DNA of 64,000 nt from Spizellomyces punctatus DAOM BR117 (Eukaryota): assembly GCA_000182565.2 (NCBI GenBank), contig KQ257465.1; one strand, given 5' to 3'. Both the position numbers and the translations under genes were made by a program. The notes beneath the pieces are model-generated. The model saw only the letters and a program-made list of their open reading frames with translations, had not been told where the DNA came from and made no database searches. Within the stretch, counting starts at the first letter, position 1; the number at the start of each line of letters is the position of its first letter. Below are positions 13,404 to 25,182 of the stretch, piece after piece.

Positions 13404-15233
13404 TCACAAACGAATCTCCCATCCAAGGTCAAATGCGGTTTCCAAAAAGCCGATATCTGCATTTGGCTCATCCAGATTCCGTTCTCTTACAATGGCAGAA
13501 CCCAAATTGGTAATGCCCTTGTCGGCATCCATAGTGGACATTGTGAACTGCTGAAAGACTTCCTCTTCGAAACTCATCGCATCAAAGTCGAGATCAATGG
13601 TTGCAATAGTCACTCTGGACATATGGCTAACGTAAGTCTCGATCGAATCTATAGAGTAGCGGGAGGGAGAGCTGGGAGATTCGGGTTCCTCAAGCGTAGC
13701 CGAGATCGGTAAATTATAAGATACTTCTGGTTCTAAAGGCTCCAATGCGGTTGTAAGATTGGGTTCGGATTGGAAATCCGTGCGTGGAATGAACTCATAT
13801 TTTGGCGTCGTCGGCAATGTCGGAGATCTGTCTTCAGAACGGGTCTTCCATTCGCCGCTTTCGACGGCAGTGGCAATGAAGAGGACATTTAATGCAGGTG
13901 TTGATGAGGGTTTAGCGCGTCGCAGAAGTGCAGTTTTCAGGAGACCTAATGATCGGCGTTTACGAGGCGCGATTGTAGACGGTTTGAATGAAACCGGGGG
14001 TGCAGGAGGGACGGGTTGCATATGATGTACTGCTCTGTTTGTATCTGCCGATTCGTTGGTTTTTGCTGATGGCTTGGGCGGGGTGTGTGTTTCAAGTCTG
14101 GTAAGGTCGGATATTGATGATCGGCGGGGAGGAGGGATGGGATGTTGGTTAGGGTCTGAGATTAGCGGTTTACTGCAGTCCTGGAGCATTGGTCGCTCTT
14201 GGTGAATTGGTTCTGATTCGCGTCCGTCTCCCTTATTCGGCTGCTCTTTTGGCAGGTTGCTCTGGTCTTCCTTGACTTCCTTCTGGAGAGTTGCAAGTCT
14301 CGATTTCTCCTGCAGTTCCATCTTCTCGATTAGTGTCATGCTAGGCTTGGGTCTCACCGCACTCATCGGTGCTGGCTTTGGTGGGGCATCTAAGCTGTCG
14401 TCAGATTCCAACGATGTAGAGACGATACGTAAAGAGCTCTTTTGTGCAGTCGGTGCTCTTCTCGCTCTGAGGGTTGGTGCGCTAGTAACTGCGACAGGTC
14501 GCGATGTTGATTGATGCGCTGGTGATGCGCCGGTGATCCGTGGGGGAGGCTGCGAAATAACAGGCTTTGGTCCAGATTGCGCAAAAGGTAGGTTCCCAAG
14601 TGGAATCTCGTCATCCTCATCTTCGTCAGGTTTTTTCTTAACAGTTCGCCCCGGATGAAGGATGCGTGGTGTCGACTGCTTTGCGTTTGGCAGTTGCTCG
14701 GTCTCTTCATCCGACGATGAATCGGAAGAGTATCCGCTATCTCGTGGATTGGCAGTTTTATCATCGGTTACAAGCTTCTTTGTGCGAATCAAAGCGCGTT
14801 TTGATATATCCGCCATCCGTGCAGACGAAGACCGCATCTTCCCTCGTCTGCCGATCCCGCCCAATCCCGCCAGCGCCCTGACCGGGCGCTCCGAGGCAAT
14901 GTCATCAAATACATTGCCTGCCGAGAGCACTTTGACAGGTCTGCCCATTAAACCACTCCACGTGCGATAAACCCTCTTTAGCAAATTTTGGATCAAAACT
15001 ACTCGGTGCATGTCGCAAGAAGCCCTGTGTCGCTCAGTTTGGAGCTTTCGATGTGATAGGTTGGCGAGAACGATAGGATCAATGGCAGGGCGAGCTCTTC
15101 GTCGCCGAGTGGGGGTGATGGAGTCATCGCTCCGTAGTCGTTCAGGTGGCGACGTTGACGACTTTGGCTTTGTTCTTTTACCTCTCGTGCTCGGAGAGAC
15201 TTTACGGTCTGCGAGGGCAAATAGACTAAGCAT
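13404..15233 (-). CDS. Large disordered Ser/Pro/Arg-rich protein with an N-terminal SERTA-like helical motif
   Basis: Intronless ~610-codon ORF; motif LANLSHRKLQTERHRASCDMHRVVLIQNLLKRV. Confidence 0.75.
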   Translation of the reverse strand: MLSLFALADRKVSPSTRGKRTKPKSSTSPPERLRSDDSITPTRRRRARPAIDPIVLANLSHRKLQTERHRASCDMHRVVLIQNLLKRVYRTWSGLMGRPVKVLSAGNVFDDIASERPVRALAGLGGIGRRGKMRSSSARMADISKRALIRTKKLVTDDKTANPRDSGYSSDSSSDEETEQLPNAKQSTPRILHPGRTVKKKPDEDEDDEIPLGNLPFAQSGPKPVISQPPPRITGASPAHQSTSRPVAVTSAPTLRARRAPTAQKSSLRIVSTSLESDDSLDAPPKPAPMSAVRPKPSMTLIEKMELQEKSRLATLQKEVKEDQSNLPKEQPNKGDGRESEPIHQERPMLQDCSKPLISDPNQHPIPPPRRSSISDLTRLETHTPPKPSAKTNESADTNRAVHHMQPVPPAPPVSFKPSTIAPRKRRSLGLLKTALLRRAKPSSTPALNVLFIATAVESGEWKTRSEDRSPTLPTTPKYEFIPRTDFQSEPNLTTALEPLEPEVSYNLPISATLEEPESPSSPSRYSIDSIETYVSHMSRVTIATIDLDFDAMSFEEEVFQQFTMSTMDADKGITNLGSAIVRERNLDEPNADIGFLETAFDLGWEIRL

Positions 15234-15722
15234 CGCTAACAGATAGTTTAGCTCTGTAAACAAATCAACTCGTTAGAGAAGAGGAAGCAAAAAGGACGAC
15301 GAAGATAAAAGCAAAATCCTGCAAATACCTGGTGCCTGGCCAGGAAGGCTAGCTGAGTCTGCCACAAAGAGCACAGAGGAATTAAATCGAAAGCTGCGAG
15401 GGGATTTTCATGCAGAATGACAAAAGTGGTTTGATCATTGAAATGCATTAGAATGTGCGATAGGGGTGAACGCCTCGTTTTCATCTCACATTTGTTGAAC
15501 ACTTTCGGAATCGACACGCACCAGTGACTTCAACAGGCAACATGAATTTCCCTTTTAAAAACTCTACACTTTCAAAAAGAACTGTGCGCAACGTGGGCTT
15601 GACAGCACGAAAGCCACTATCGGCGTATGAATATGCGGAATAATTAAAATGGCGCCAACTTAAATTGTTCAACGAAAACGATGAATTTTGTCTAAAACAG
15701 TGGTCATACACACGAGGGGACC

Positions 15723-16541
15723 CTATTTATCCTCGGGTTTGGACTGGACACGTTTGGCCAACTCGGCAAACGTTTTCCCTTGAATTTCCGCAACCTCTAG
15801 CTCAAGTTTCGACGGCTGTCGACTTCCATCACCTCCCGCAAGCGTTCCAGAACCCCAGGCACTTCCACCTCGTACCTCCGTCAAGCCAGTGAACTGCGAA
15901 AAAGTGTTGAAATACCCGAGTGGAACGTAAACCATACCGTGGTGAGCAAGTGTGGATATGAAATTAGCGGCCGTCATTTCTTGTCCGCCGCCCATACTGG
16001 CAGTCGAAAAAAAGACTCCGGCAAGCTTTTGATGAAGACTGCCCTTCACCCAAAGTTGGCCAGTCCGATCCCAGAAAGCGCGCACTTGGGCTGTCATTAT
16101 ATGGGTCATTAGAATGCTTTCCATGATCTGTTACAAAACCCGAGTAACGTACCAGATTGGTTGCCGTATCGAGTGGGCATACCGAACAGGAAAGCTTCAT
16201 ATTGTTCTAAGGTCTCCATGGTCGCCAGCGGGACGTTTGGATCCTGACCAGGTGCGTGCATTTTCTCCAATACATCCTTTGGCTGTGGGCGAACGTCAGT
16301 ATCTCGTTCTTGAGATCCGAACAACTTAGTCTAGTAAAGCGTCGTGTATACTCACCAAAGTTTCTGGGATTTGATACAAGTCGCCTTTCAAACCCACTGA
16401 TTCAACACCCTTTTTGATGGCGCGAGCCAACTGGCCAACATGTCCGTACATCGAGTAGTAGATAATGGCAACCTTTTAATGGCTGTGAGATCCAGGACAT
16501 TATTTATATCGGTTATCGAGAAACTTTACCTTTGAAACCAT
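15723..16541 (-). CDS. Flavodoxin-like NAD(P)H:quinone oxidoreductase (WrbA/Pst2 family), multi-exon
   Basis: [16 protein letters not shown]...[68 protein letters not shown]. Confidence 0.95.
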
Positions 16542-19470
16542 GGTGAGGAGCTGTCTGATCAATCTGAGAAACAAGATAGCGAGGCTGCTCATGCACAAGC
16601 CAGAGCTCTATTATATTCTCTTCCACTTTCCTGCCATGGTTTTGACTCTCACGTAACATGATATCATGCACGTTCACATTAAATGTGAGTGAGATCATTC
16701 GAACCGACAGGAAGGGATGACTTCAAATCCCCTAAAGAACTGACCAAATGCGCGGAGCAGTGCACAGTCGGCCAACATGGTCGAGTAAATGTACATTGGG
16801 AATGACATGGACGAGTTTAATGCCGTCATAATGTCCACATATCTACAGATGCGGGCTCTAAACTTCAGACGATCTTGGAGTTCGGATACGAGCACCTATG
16901 TCGCATTCACCCAGGTGCCATTGCACAATTTTGCGTTTTGACTCTTGGTTGTCTGCACCAGACTCGACAGCTGCTTGCGCCGACTGCCATATTGGTCGTC
17001 GATATTGTTGCCGCCCATATTTGCTAAGAGAGTAGAATATTCATAATCGCATGAAATATTGTCCAGATCGAGACTGTAGTTGTCCCCTCATCATATGCCT
17101 ACGGATATGCACTTTGATACCTAATGATGAATTGGTAACACCTAGCTTAATCCAATAGACGATCCACAACATTATGGCAACCAATCGCATGAAGCATTCT
17201 AACTCTCAGGCAGAGTGTCTCTTGCGCTCTACCTAATCATAGCGACGTCTATCGTCAAATCGGCTCAGCAATCGATATTTTTGCTGCACCAACACGGCTT
17301 CCACGATGCGTATGACGACCCTACACGATGAATCCAAGACTAAGGCACTATGGAACGAACCAATGCACTTGTACCGTAAAATCATTTATGTACTGTATCA
17401 TAGTACTACATAGGCGATGAGTTAGCGCATGTACAACCCAGTCTGGAAATCGTTGTCAGTGTCGTTCCCAGTTAAAATCTGAAATTAGAGTGGATCCTGT
17501 GCTGTGCTTCTTGGACGGGTTATTTAAACACATGAAGCGTATTATCATCATTCAGGTACTTGGTTCAAACAACATGCACGATGCGACCGGGCTGTTGGAG
17601 GCGGCGGATGAGGGAGTATCCTCTCGCATTGATATAGCATTCAAAACCAAAAAGTCGGGTATGATGACCCGTCGACAATCCTGTTTACAGCACGGATTCC
17701 CAGGGCATGCAAACAAGGATGTCGATAGATGATTTGGATATATTCACATCGCCCTCATCAAACAGCAACATGCCTGAAATACATTGGCGCGACGTGAGGA
17801 AACAGGGAATAACGTGGGCACGTTGCCCATTGAACAGCGAGTCACAAACCGACTGTGTTCGTTGCGTCTGTCGACCATCCTCTCGCACGAACCGCAGATT
17901 CATTACTCAATTCTCCCACGTGGTCCCATCTGTCTTCACTCAGAGTACCAAATTTTGAGATACCAAATGTTTGTTTCACACTCTATTTGTTAGAGTCCCA
18001 CCAGGGTTATGGAAAACAATATTAAAAAGTATTTGATATCGATAAAGGCAATTCAGAGGGAATCTCTGGGATCTCATTTCATCCAACGTTCACCCAGTAT
18101 GGTTCTCTTCTGACTAGTGGGGCTTCTGTGGCAGTTAGCAACGAGTCTCTCTATCATCCTCTTCCTACGATGTGTGAGCAGTGCCGTTGTTGAAACCCTG
18201 ACTGCTGATCATGGGGCCCATGGCCGTAGATTATCGTACGACAAAAGTTGTGCCGAAAATTCTCATCATGACTCGGATCTTGACAGATCATACCCATCTT
18301 CGAATTGCATTGCTGTTGGCAACACATCCGCATTCTGTATGTCCGTGATTGAGGTTGTCCGTGCTCGCCCACTACCTCGTCTGCATCACCATAATGACTT
18401 TCCGCTCTCACGCACAGCTCTTGTTTTTGCCTCAAGATGTTGCGAGGTCAAGGAATATACGGATCCATAAATACCCGAACTGTGTGTTTCAAAAGCACAA
18501 TTTTCACTGTCGACGAATGAACTTTCGACGAATGACACAAAGGTGGACTATGCTTACGTAAATGATCGGATTATGTAAGGAGCTACAGCTCTACTGGGGA
18601 CCGAAACAACGGCGTATGTGTGCCTTGAATAATTCAGTGTAAAGCTTTACGATGAGGGACCTCAAGAATTATACTAGATCAGCCAGAAACACAGCAAACT
18701 TCATTTAATCTAATTGTTTATCACTAGATTCTCTGGATGAATGAAGTAAATGCCGTTACCGTACGGGCGCGAAGGCCCTCTTCTCTGTTCATCGAGCCAC
18801 ACATCTTCGTGTCTACGGTCGCTGTTTAGTGGATTCTGGGCATCAATATTGCATCCAAAATGTCAAGGAGCAGGCAACGCCTCGGTATTGTCGTCGCTAA
18901 ATTATCGAAGTTCATGGCGCGCCAAAGATCCATTATTGCCGTCGCTCTCCCTCAAATCTCTAAGCAGGGCAACCTAATCGACACATATTCTTGGCATATT
19001 GCGAAATTGTCAGTACTCAGGTAGTGTTGTCGTCCACAGTTGCTTTAGAGCAATTCTGCGAACGCCCAAGAAGCCCGAAAACCTTGCATACATTACAAAA
19101 TAACCTTAAACATGATGATTTAGCTTGACACGGCCGTATTGCATGACACAGACGACCACCACAGGATGTTATAACGTAACTGTCTCTGTGAGGAAGAGGA
19201 CTTTTGTATTTTGCACGAAGGAAAGATCTGGTCTTCGTCCTATGATGCTAACTAACAGTATGCACTTCAGTACTTGACACGTCTCCTAGTTAATACAATG
19301 TCTTGACACCAGCTTGGCCAATTCTGGTACAAGTAGTGAAAGGTATACAGCGATGATACAAAAAAGAAATCTACATATAGAACAAAATCTCACATCTATA
19401 ACATCTACAAGCAAATCCGCGTCGGTGATAAAGGAGATATTCAACCCACACCCCGCAAATCCCTTGCTAT

Positions 19471-20910
19471 CTACATTTCCCCTCTCCATTTTGGGGTCAA
19501 ATGTTCCCTGACCACCTCTACTTTTTGTTTTGATACACCGTCCCCCGTGTAGCGATAGATGTAATTCACGAGGAGTACAGCGGCTAAGGTTAGACAGTCA
19601 GTAAAAAGGCGGGCTACCGGTGCGAAATCTCCGACGTAGAAGCAGATAAGTACCTGCAATTGCTACAAGCACCATGTTCCAGAAAAACCCAACGACGTCC
19701 ACGGTCGTTCCAATAGGAGGTGCGAGAGGCTGGCTATTGCGGATTGATGGAAGAGCGAATCTATGGCACGAAAGGTGAGCGTTTATATCCCAAGCCATGA
19801 ATACGCAATCGCTCGAATACTTACAACATGGAAATCGACACAGCAATTGTGGGCGGTTCCACTTTTCTTCCACGCACCCACACGCTCACCGCAAGAGTTA
19901 TCATCAAGAGTGACAACACCCACATGAATATCGTCAAAAGTACGACAAACACCTTTGTCGTGTGTGCACGCTTGATAACACTAGTGACTAGGATTAACGT
20001 TGCGTCAGATTTGGAGCTGGTATCGCAAACTTGGGGAAAGACGACATTATAAGCTGCGAGAGGGGCGTTGGCCTGAAGGTGCATAGCGGTTAGAAGACAG
20101 AAACATCAGCAAGATTGGGAAGACACGTACAAAGACAACAAGGGACACTGGCGAATCCACTCTGGAGGTGACATTTCGAAAGGTACCCGTCATCAGAAAG
20201 AGGTTCTGCCACTTGTCAAACGGGTATCTGTTGATGTCGCCAGTGATCGAGAAAGACGAATCTTGGGGTTGCATGGTGTCACCCGCTTTGAACCGGAAGG
20301 TTATGCTACCTGCAATATCAGTATCAGAATTAGTCCTCGTCCAAGTTTGATGCACAAAAAGGAGTTACGAACCGACGGTGATGTTGAGATCAGATCGGAG
20401 CTTGCGGTTTACCAATGACTCAAGGTCATCTCCACCACCCACAGGTTGGTCAGCCAAATCACCTTGCCAAGAGAGTGATGTGAGCCACATCTTCCTTATG
20501 AATTCCGCAAACATTCCAGGTACCTCTGGGTGTAAATTCAAAATGCAGTCTAAATGAGGAGCTTCCTGGATCGACACTCGTCACCGACATTTCAATCTCA
20601 ACCAACGTTGGTACATTCTGGAACCTCGTGCCATTGACGATGCCGCTTTGAGCGGAAAGAGGTATGTTGTAAGGGAAGGTGAAGTTGGGATCGGTAACGT
20701 TGCAAGGACCGAATGCTGTTACGTCAAGCTTGCGGTCGCCCTAGTTTGAAGAACTGAGCTTGAGCGCAGTAACACTTACAGCACACTATAAGGACTCACA
20801 GATTCTTTATTCTGCAAGCCGGCCCATAAGACGACACCAAACAAAAGTCCAAAGCCTAGGACAGCTCCAATAAAGACTTTTAGCCTTTTTGGCGTTAATC
20901 CACACAGCAT
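19471..20910 (-). CDS. DUF4436-family membrane protein, multi-exon
   Basis: N-terminal TM; GDINRYPFDKW; IKRAHTTKVFVVLLTIFMWVLS; LFALPSIRNSQPLAPPIGTTVDVVGFFWNM; TATAAAA on the minus strand at ~20957-20963. Confidence 0.82.
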
Positions 20911-22943
20911 CTCTGTCGTATGGACCAACGACAAATAGCTACTGGAGTGGAAAATATTTTATAGGTCTCGGCTTTCTACTTGCAAGTCCTTGAGCTGTAC
21001 CGCTCTGGTTGCGTAAACCTGTAGATGTTACACGCTGTAACCAAAGTGTTCCAGAAAGGAATTCCTGTTGATCAAGAGGAACGTGCAGCTTATGTTGTTT
21101 TTGGCATTTTATTAGTTTGCCGTCCCTCCCCAAACAGCGTTTCGAAGGGGGGGCCGGCCATCCAATAATTGAGAATGGCTTTAGGCCCATGCTCAGAAAC
21201 ATCGACTGCGCACAAGATTGGGGACCCCCTCTTCTTCCGTGCAGGGGGTGGATGATCGAGAATGGCAGGGCCTTTGAACCAACGTTTGTCGTTTAGCGCT
21301 GCCCTCGCCCAACGCACCCAACCAGCCACAGTCTCTCCCCTCCGGTTTGCTCCGGATTCCTGTTTCCTTTGGCGGCGGCCTACACGGTGCTTTTATTTTG
21401 TGTGCGAGTTCCCCTGTCCATGTTCTGCTACAATCTCTCCTATTTCTATTCGCCACTTTTGGTCCGCAAAATGCCAAAATCGGTTAAAGAGGGGCCGCCG
21501 CTGTGCCAAAATTGCTCTTTCCAAAAATGGCTTTTTTCTGCCGCCAGTTGAGCCGCTCTCCCGCTTATAAAAGGAGGGCCTCTTTTGGCTTTCCCCCCCT
21601 CTTTACTTTTCATCCCGCCAACACTCGGCTGGTTGGAGCAGAATGAATATTGGGTATGAGGTCATATCAAATCTTAGTCTGGGGCCCACTGCTGTTTATC
21701 GCCTGAATGACCCACACAAAGATTTGGTGTGTTCCTCACTCCCGCTTGATCATTCTTGTATTGAATAGAGCTCATGTCCACATTTGCAAGCCATATGATG
21801 TTGTTTGTCATTTCGTAAAATGTTACTAGTTTTGCAGAAACCCTGAGAGTTGCCATTGTTTGTGTACGCACCAGCCTCCAACTGTGGGGCGAAGAAGAGA
21901 AAAGGCGCGACGTACCATCGCGAACTTCATTTGCACCGCTCAGAGTCGATGCCAATTCGATTCCTACCAATCTTCTACTGGCCTGATGAATTGGTGATCA
22001 AGAAAAGAGACGGAAGGCCTGCTTGATCAAGTGTGAAAGGACCGAATATCCACGCTCCCCTTGCCAACTGGCATGCGGTAAGTTTCCCGCAAAGAGACGG
22101 CCCGTCGTGTTGCGACGACCTGCTAACCCGAAGAAACATAGCAACCCTTTCTCATTACGCAGCGCTTGGTAAACGTTAATTACTCCCGTCGTCATCGGGA
22201 TGTATCATAATTGGTCAAATGCCGTACCTCAAACGCTCCACATTGGCCATCAAATGGTTGAGCATCCTTGCTGCACGCTCGGGTGCCAAGTAATGACAAG
22301 GTCTTCATGGCGCCGCCCCCAGTCGAGAAGCTTAATGTTGCCTTGGTTGAAAAATTTAGGATATGCCATGTACTAAGCCATCTCGCGTTGAAACGGCTTT
22401 CCTCTCCATAGACAAAATTGTACAAAATACAAAATTCCTTTTCTTGACCGCAGACAAAGATACACGATCACCAGCGAATCCAACGTGTTTCACATGCGGT
22501 TGCTTATATCCAGCTTGCTAAAAACCATGTGTTCCTATCACCGTGGCGCCCTTCGAAACTTGCTTTGGGGGTTCAACGCTTGCTTTACGGGTTCAATAGG
22601 ACCCCTACTTGCCATTTGCTCGGTGTATTGGATGAACGGCCTTGCAAAAAAAAATGTTCATCTTGAGCTCTTTTCAGTGTGGAGTTCAACATGCCTCAAA
22701 TTACGCAAGGGTCCGAGATGGTTTCGGGGTCTTAAAGTTGCTTTTCAGGGTGTAAGGTTGCGCGGCGTTCGGAAGAGTGTTGGAAAGGCATAAAAAGCAA
22801 GATCTTGTGCAGATCCTTTCTCTTTCTCCATCACACACAAAAGCAGCAATCGGACAATTGTAGAATATCTTTTGTGATTGTAGACTCCTTCCCTTCCTTA
22901 GATACTTAGACCTGTGTCTTTTACCTCCTCAAGAGCTTTCACG

Positions 22944-24478
22944 ATGAAGTTTATCGTTACAGCTCTCGTCCTTTCGTTGGTTGGTACCTCCGTAGCCGAT
23001 ACTCGACTGAACCGAAGGCGATTCGGACAACAGAACCCACCTGTGGAAGGAAAGATTGGACAGGTGAGTTTGTCCGTGCAATGGCTGTGCCACATACGCG
23101 TTCAGCAACTGACTTGCCATCACGTTAGCTTCAAGCCCTAAAGAATGGTCTGGCTGGTACTCTCTCTGGACAAGTTCCCTCCACGCTTCTCGGTGCCGCG
23201 GACCCATGTGCTAAACTCCAACTGGCCGACACCATCGTCCAAGCCGCTCCTGGTGACGCAGCTACTCTGGCAGCCGCAAGGGAACTCGTCAACGCCGAAC
23301 AAAACTTTAACCCCGCCAACAACGGCAAACCCAAGTTCTGTGGAAACCCCAATCTCCCTGCTACAAAAGAACTGCGAGGAATCCTCCCCAAGATTTCGGA
23401 AGTGGACAACCTCCAGGGTGCAGCGGCGTTCAATCAGATATCGTCCAAAAGTCTGGCGGATGCCCTTGCCGGCAATGTAAAGAATGTCGATGGCAAGAGT
23501 GTAGCAGATCAGATTGTCGAGGCTGGCTTTACGGACTTTGCGGGCGCCCCTGTTGCTGGAAACAACAATAACGGTAACCAGAACAACCAGAATAATACAA
23601 ACAACGGGAACAACCAGAACAAGACAAACAACGGTAACCAGAACAACCAGAACAAGACAAACAACGGCAACCAGAACAACCAGAACAAGAACAACGGCAA
23701 CCAGAACAACCAGAACAAGAACAACCAAAACAACGGGAATAACCAGAACAACCAGAACAAGAACAACCAACACAACAACAACAACCAGAACAATCGGAAC
23801 AATGGGAACAACAACGTCGTTACAGTTACGCAGACCGTTACCCGCACCGTAGTCGTCTGCCCCACAAACGTTGCTGGTAACAACAACAACAACAACCAGC
23901 ACAACAACAACAACCAGAATAACCGGAACAACCAGAACAACCAGAACAAAAACAACCAAAACAACGGGAACAACCAGAACAAGAACAACCAGACCAACAA
24001 CGAGAACAACCAGAACAAATACAATCAAAACAACGGGAACAACAACAACCAGAACAAGAACAACCAAAACAACGGGAACAACAACAACCAGAACAAGAAC
24101 AACCAAAACAACGGGAACAACAACAACCAGAACAAGAACAACCAAAACAACGGCAACAACAACAACCAGAACAACCAGAACAAAAACAACCAAAACAACA
24201 ATGGAAATAACGGGAATGTGATTTTCCAACCCAAGTCGGTGGAGGGCCTCAACTTTGACCCCCTTGTACTCTCTAACGATCCCAACCGCCGCTTCCAAGT
24301 TGCGGGTGATACCTTTGTTGGGGCTGGAGCTGCTTGCGGGCGTGTCGGAGACCGTCTTTTCAACAGCTGTGCAAACAAATTGAATGCTGAAGGCCGTGGC
24401 AACGAGTTGGGAACAGTTTGTGCGCCTGCGCGGGACGCCGCCAAGACCGATTGTGCTGCTGCTGCCGCCAATGTGTAG
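22944..24478 (+). CDS. Secreted protein (~489 aa) with Cys-containing terminal domains and a long Asn/Gln-rich linker; exons 22944-23063 and 23129-24478
   Basis: Signal peptide MKFIVTALVLSLVGTSVA; RRRFGQ; LLGAADPCAKLQLAD; FCGNPNLP; C-terminal RFQVAGDTFVGAGAACGR...FNSCAN. Confidence 0.88.
23561..24216 (+). repeat. Coding AAC/CAG-rich imperfect tandem repeat (NNQNKNNQNNGNN)
   Basis: aacaaccagaacaag units repeated; interrupted by VVTVTQTVTRTVVVCPT. Confidence 0.95.
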
Positions 24479-25182
24479 AAAGACTTACTTGTGACATATT
24501 GTAGATTTCTCTTTTTTGAATGTTTTGTACATGCATAGTGCGTATAGATGTCGGCTTTGATGTGAAAGTCTCCCAGGCGAGCATCTTGAAGGACAGCGGG
24601 ACTAGTCCAAACAAGTAAATAAAATCATATAATTTTGCACTCATTCTGTTCCGTTGCTCTTCAGGAGTTTATTGCAGAGGAAGGAAGCAACTTTCGCTGT
24701 GCAAATGGTAAACCTGACCAGACCTGAACTGTGACATGGGCTATGAGTTGCGCAGTATGCATTCAAACCACACTGCAATTGGTGTTTGGTGACTCCGACG
24801 CGGGACCGCGTTCTTGACAGAGCAGCAGTGAGCTTTTCTCTGAACAGAGCGCGTTAAAGGTTGAGACTTGAAGCCTCGTTTGGATGGTTATACGGCAGTT
24901 GGTGAGTGTCTATGACATTGCTTTTGGGGAACCCTGGATGGTGGACACGTAATGGGAGAAGCGTCGCCCCACTGGCGAGTAAGCAGCAGTAGGGCGCGCA
25001 GCAGATGTCCAGCGATATCTATCCGGCACCGGACTGGGAGACGCAACACAGTGGATCTATTGCTAGATTTAGAGTCAATCCCGCGTTGCGTGTGCACCAT
25101 ACTCATGACGAAATGCTCCCTCTCCCCAGAAAATCAAATATCGACGCCCGTACTGAGACATTAGCCCATCTTTGCCAACAAG

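Noticed and set aside
16600-19400. 2.8-kb interval with scattered short ORFs
   Set aside because: Frequent stops, no recognisable domain or terminal repeats; a pseudogene cannot be excluded without a search
21674-22425. Three consecutive minus-strand ORF fragments
   Set aside because: No identifiable protein or transposase motif and no convincing splice model
23138-24471. Antisense poly-V and LFWLF ORFs
   Set aside because: Reverse-complement artefacts of the AAC/CAG repeat
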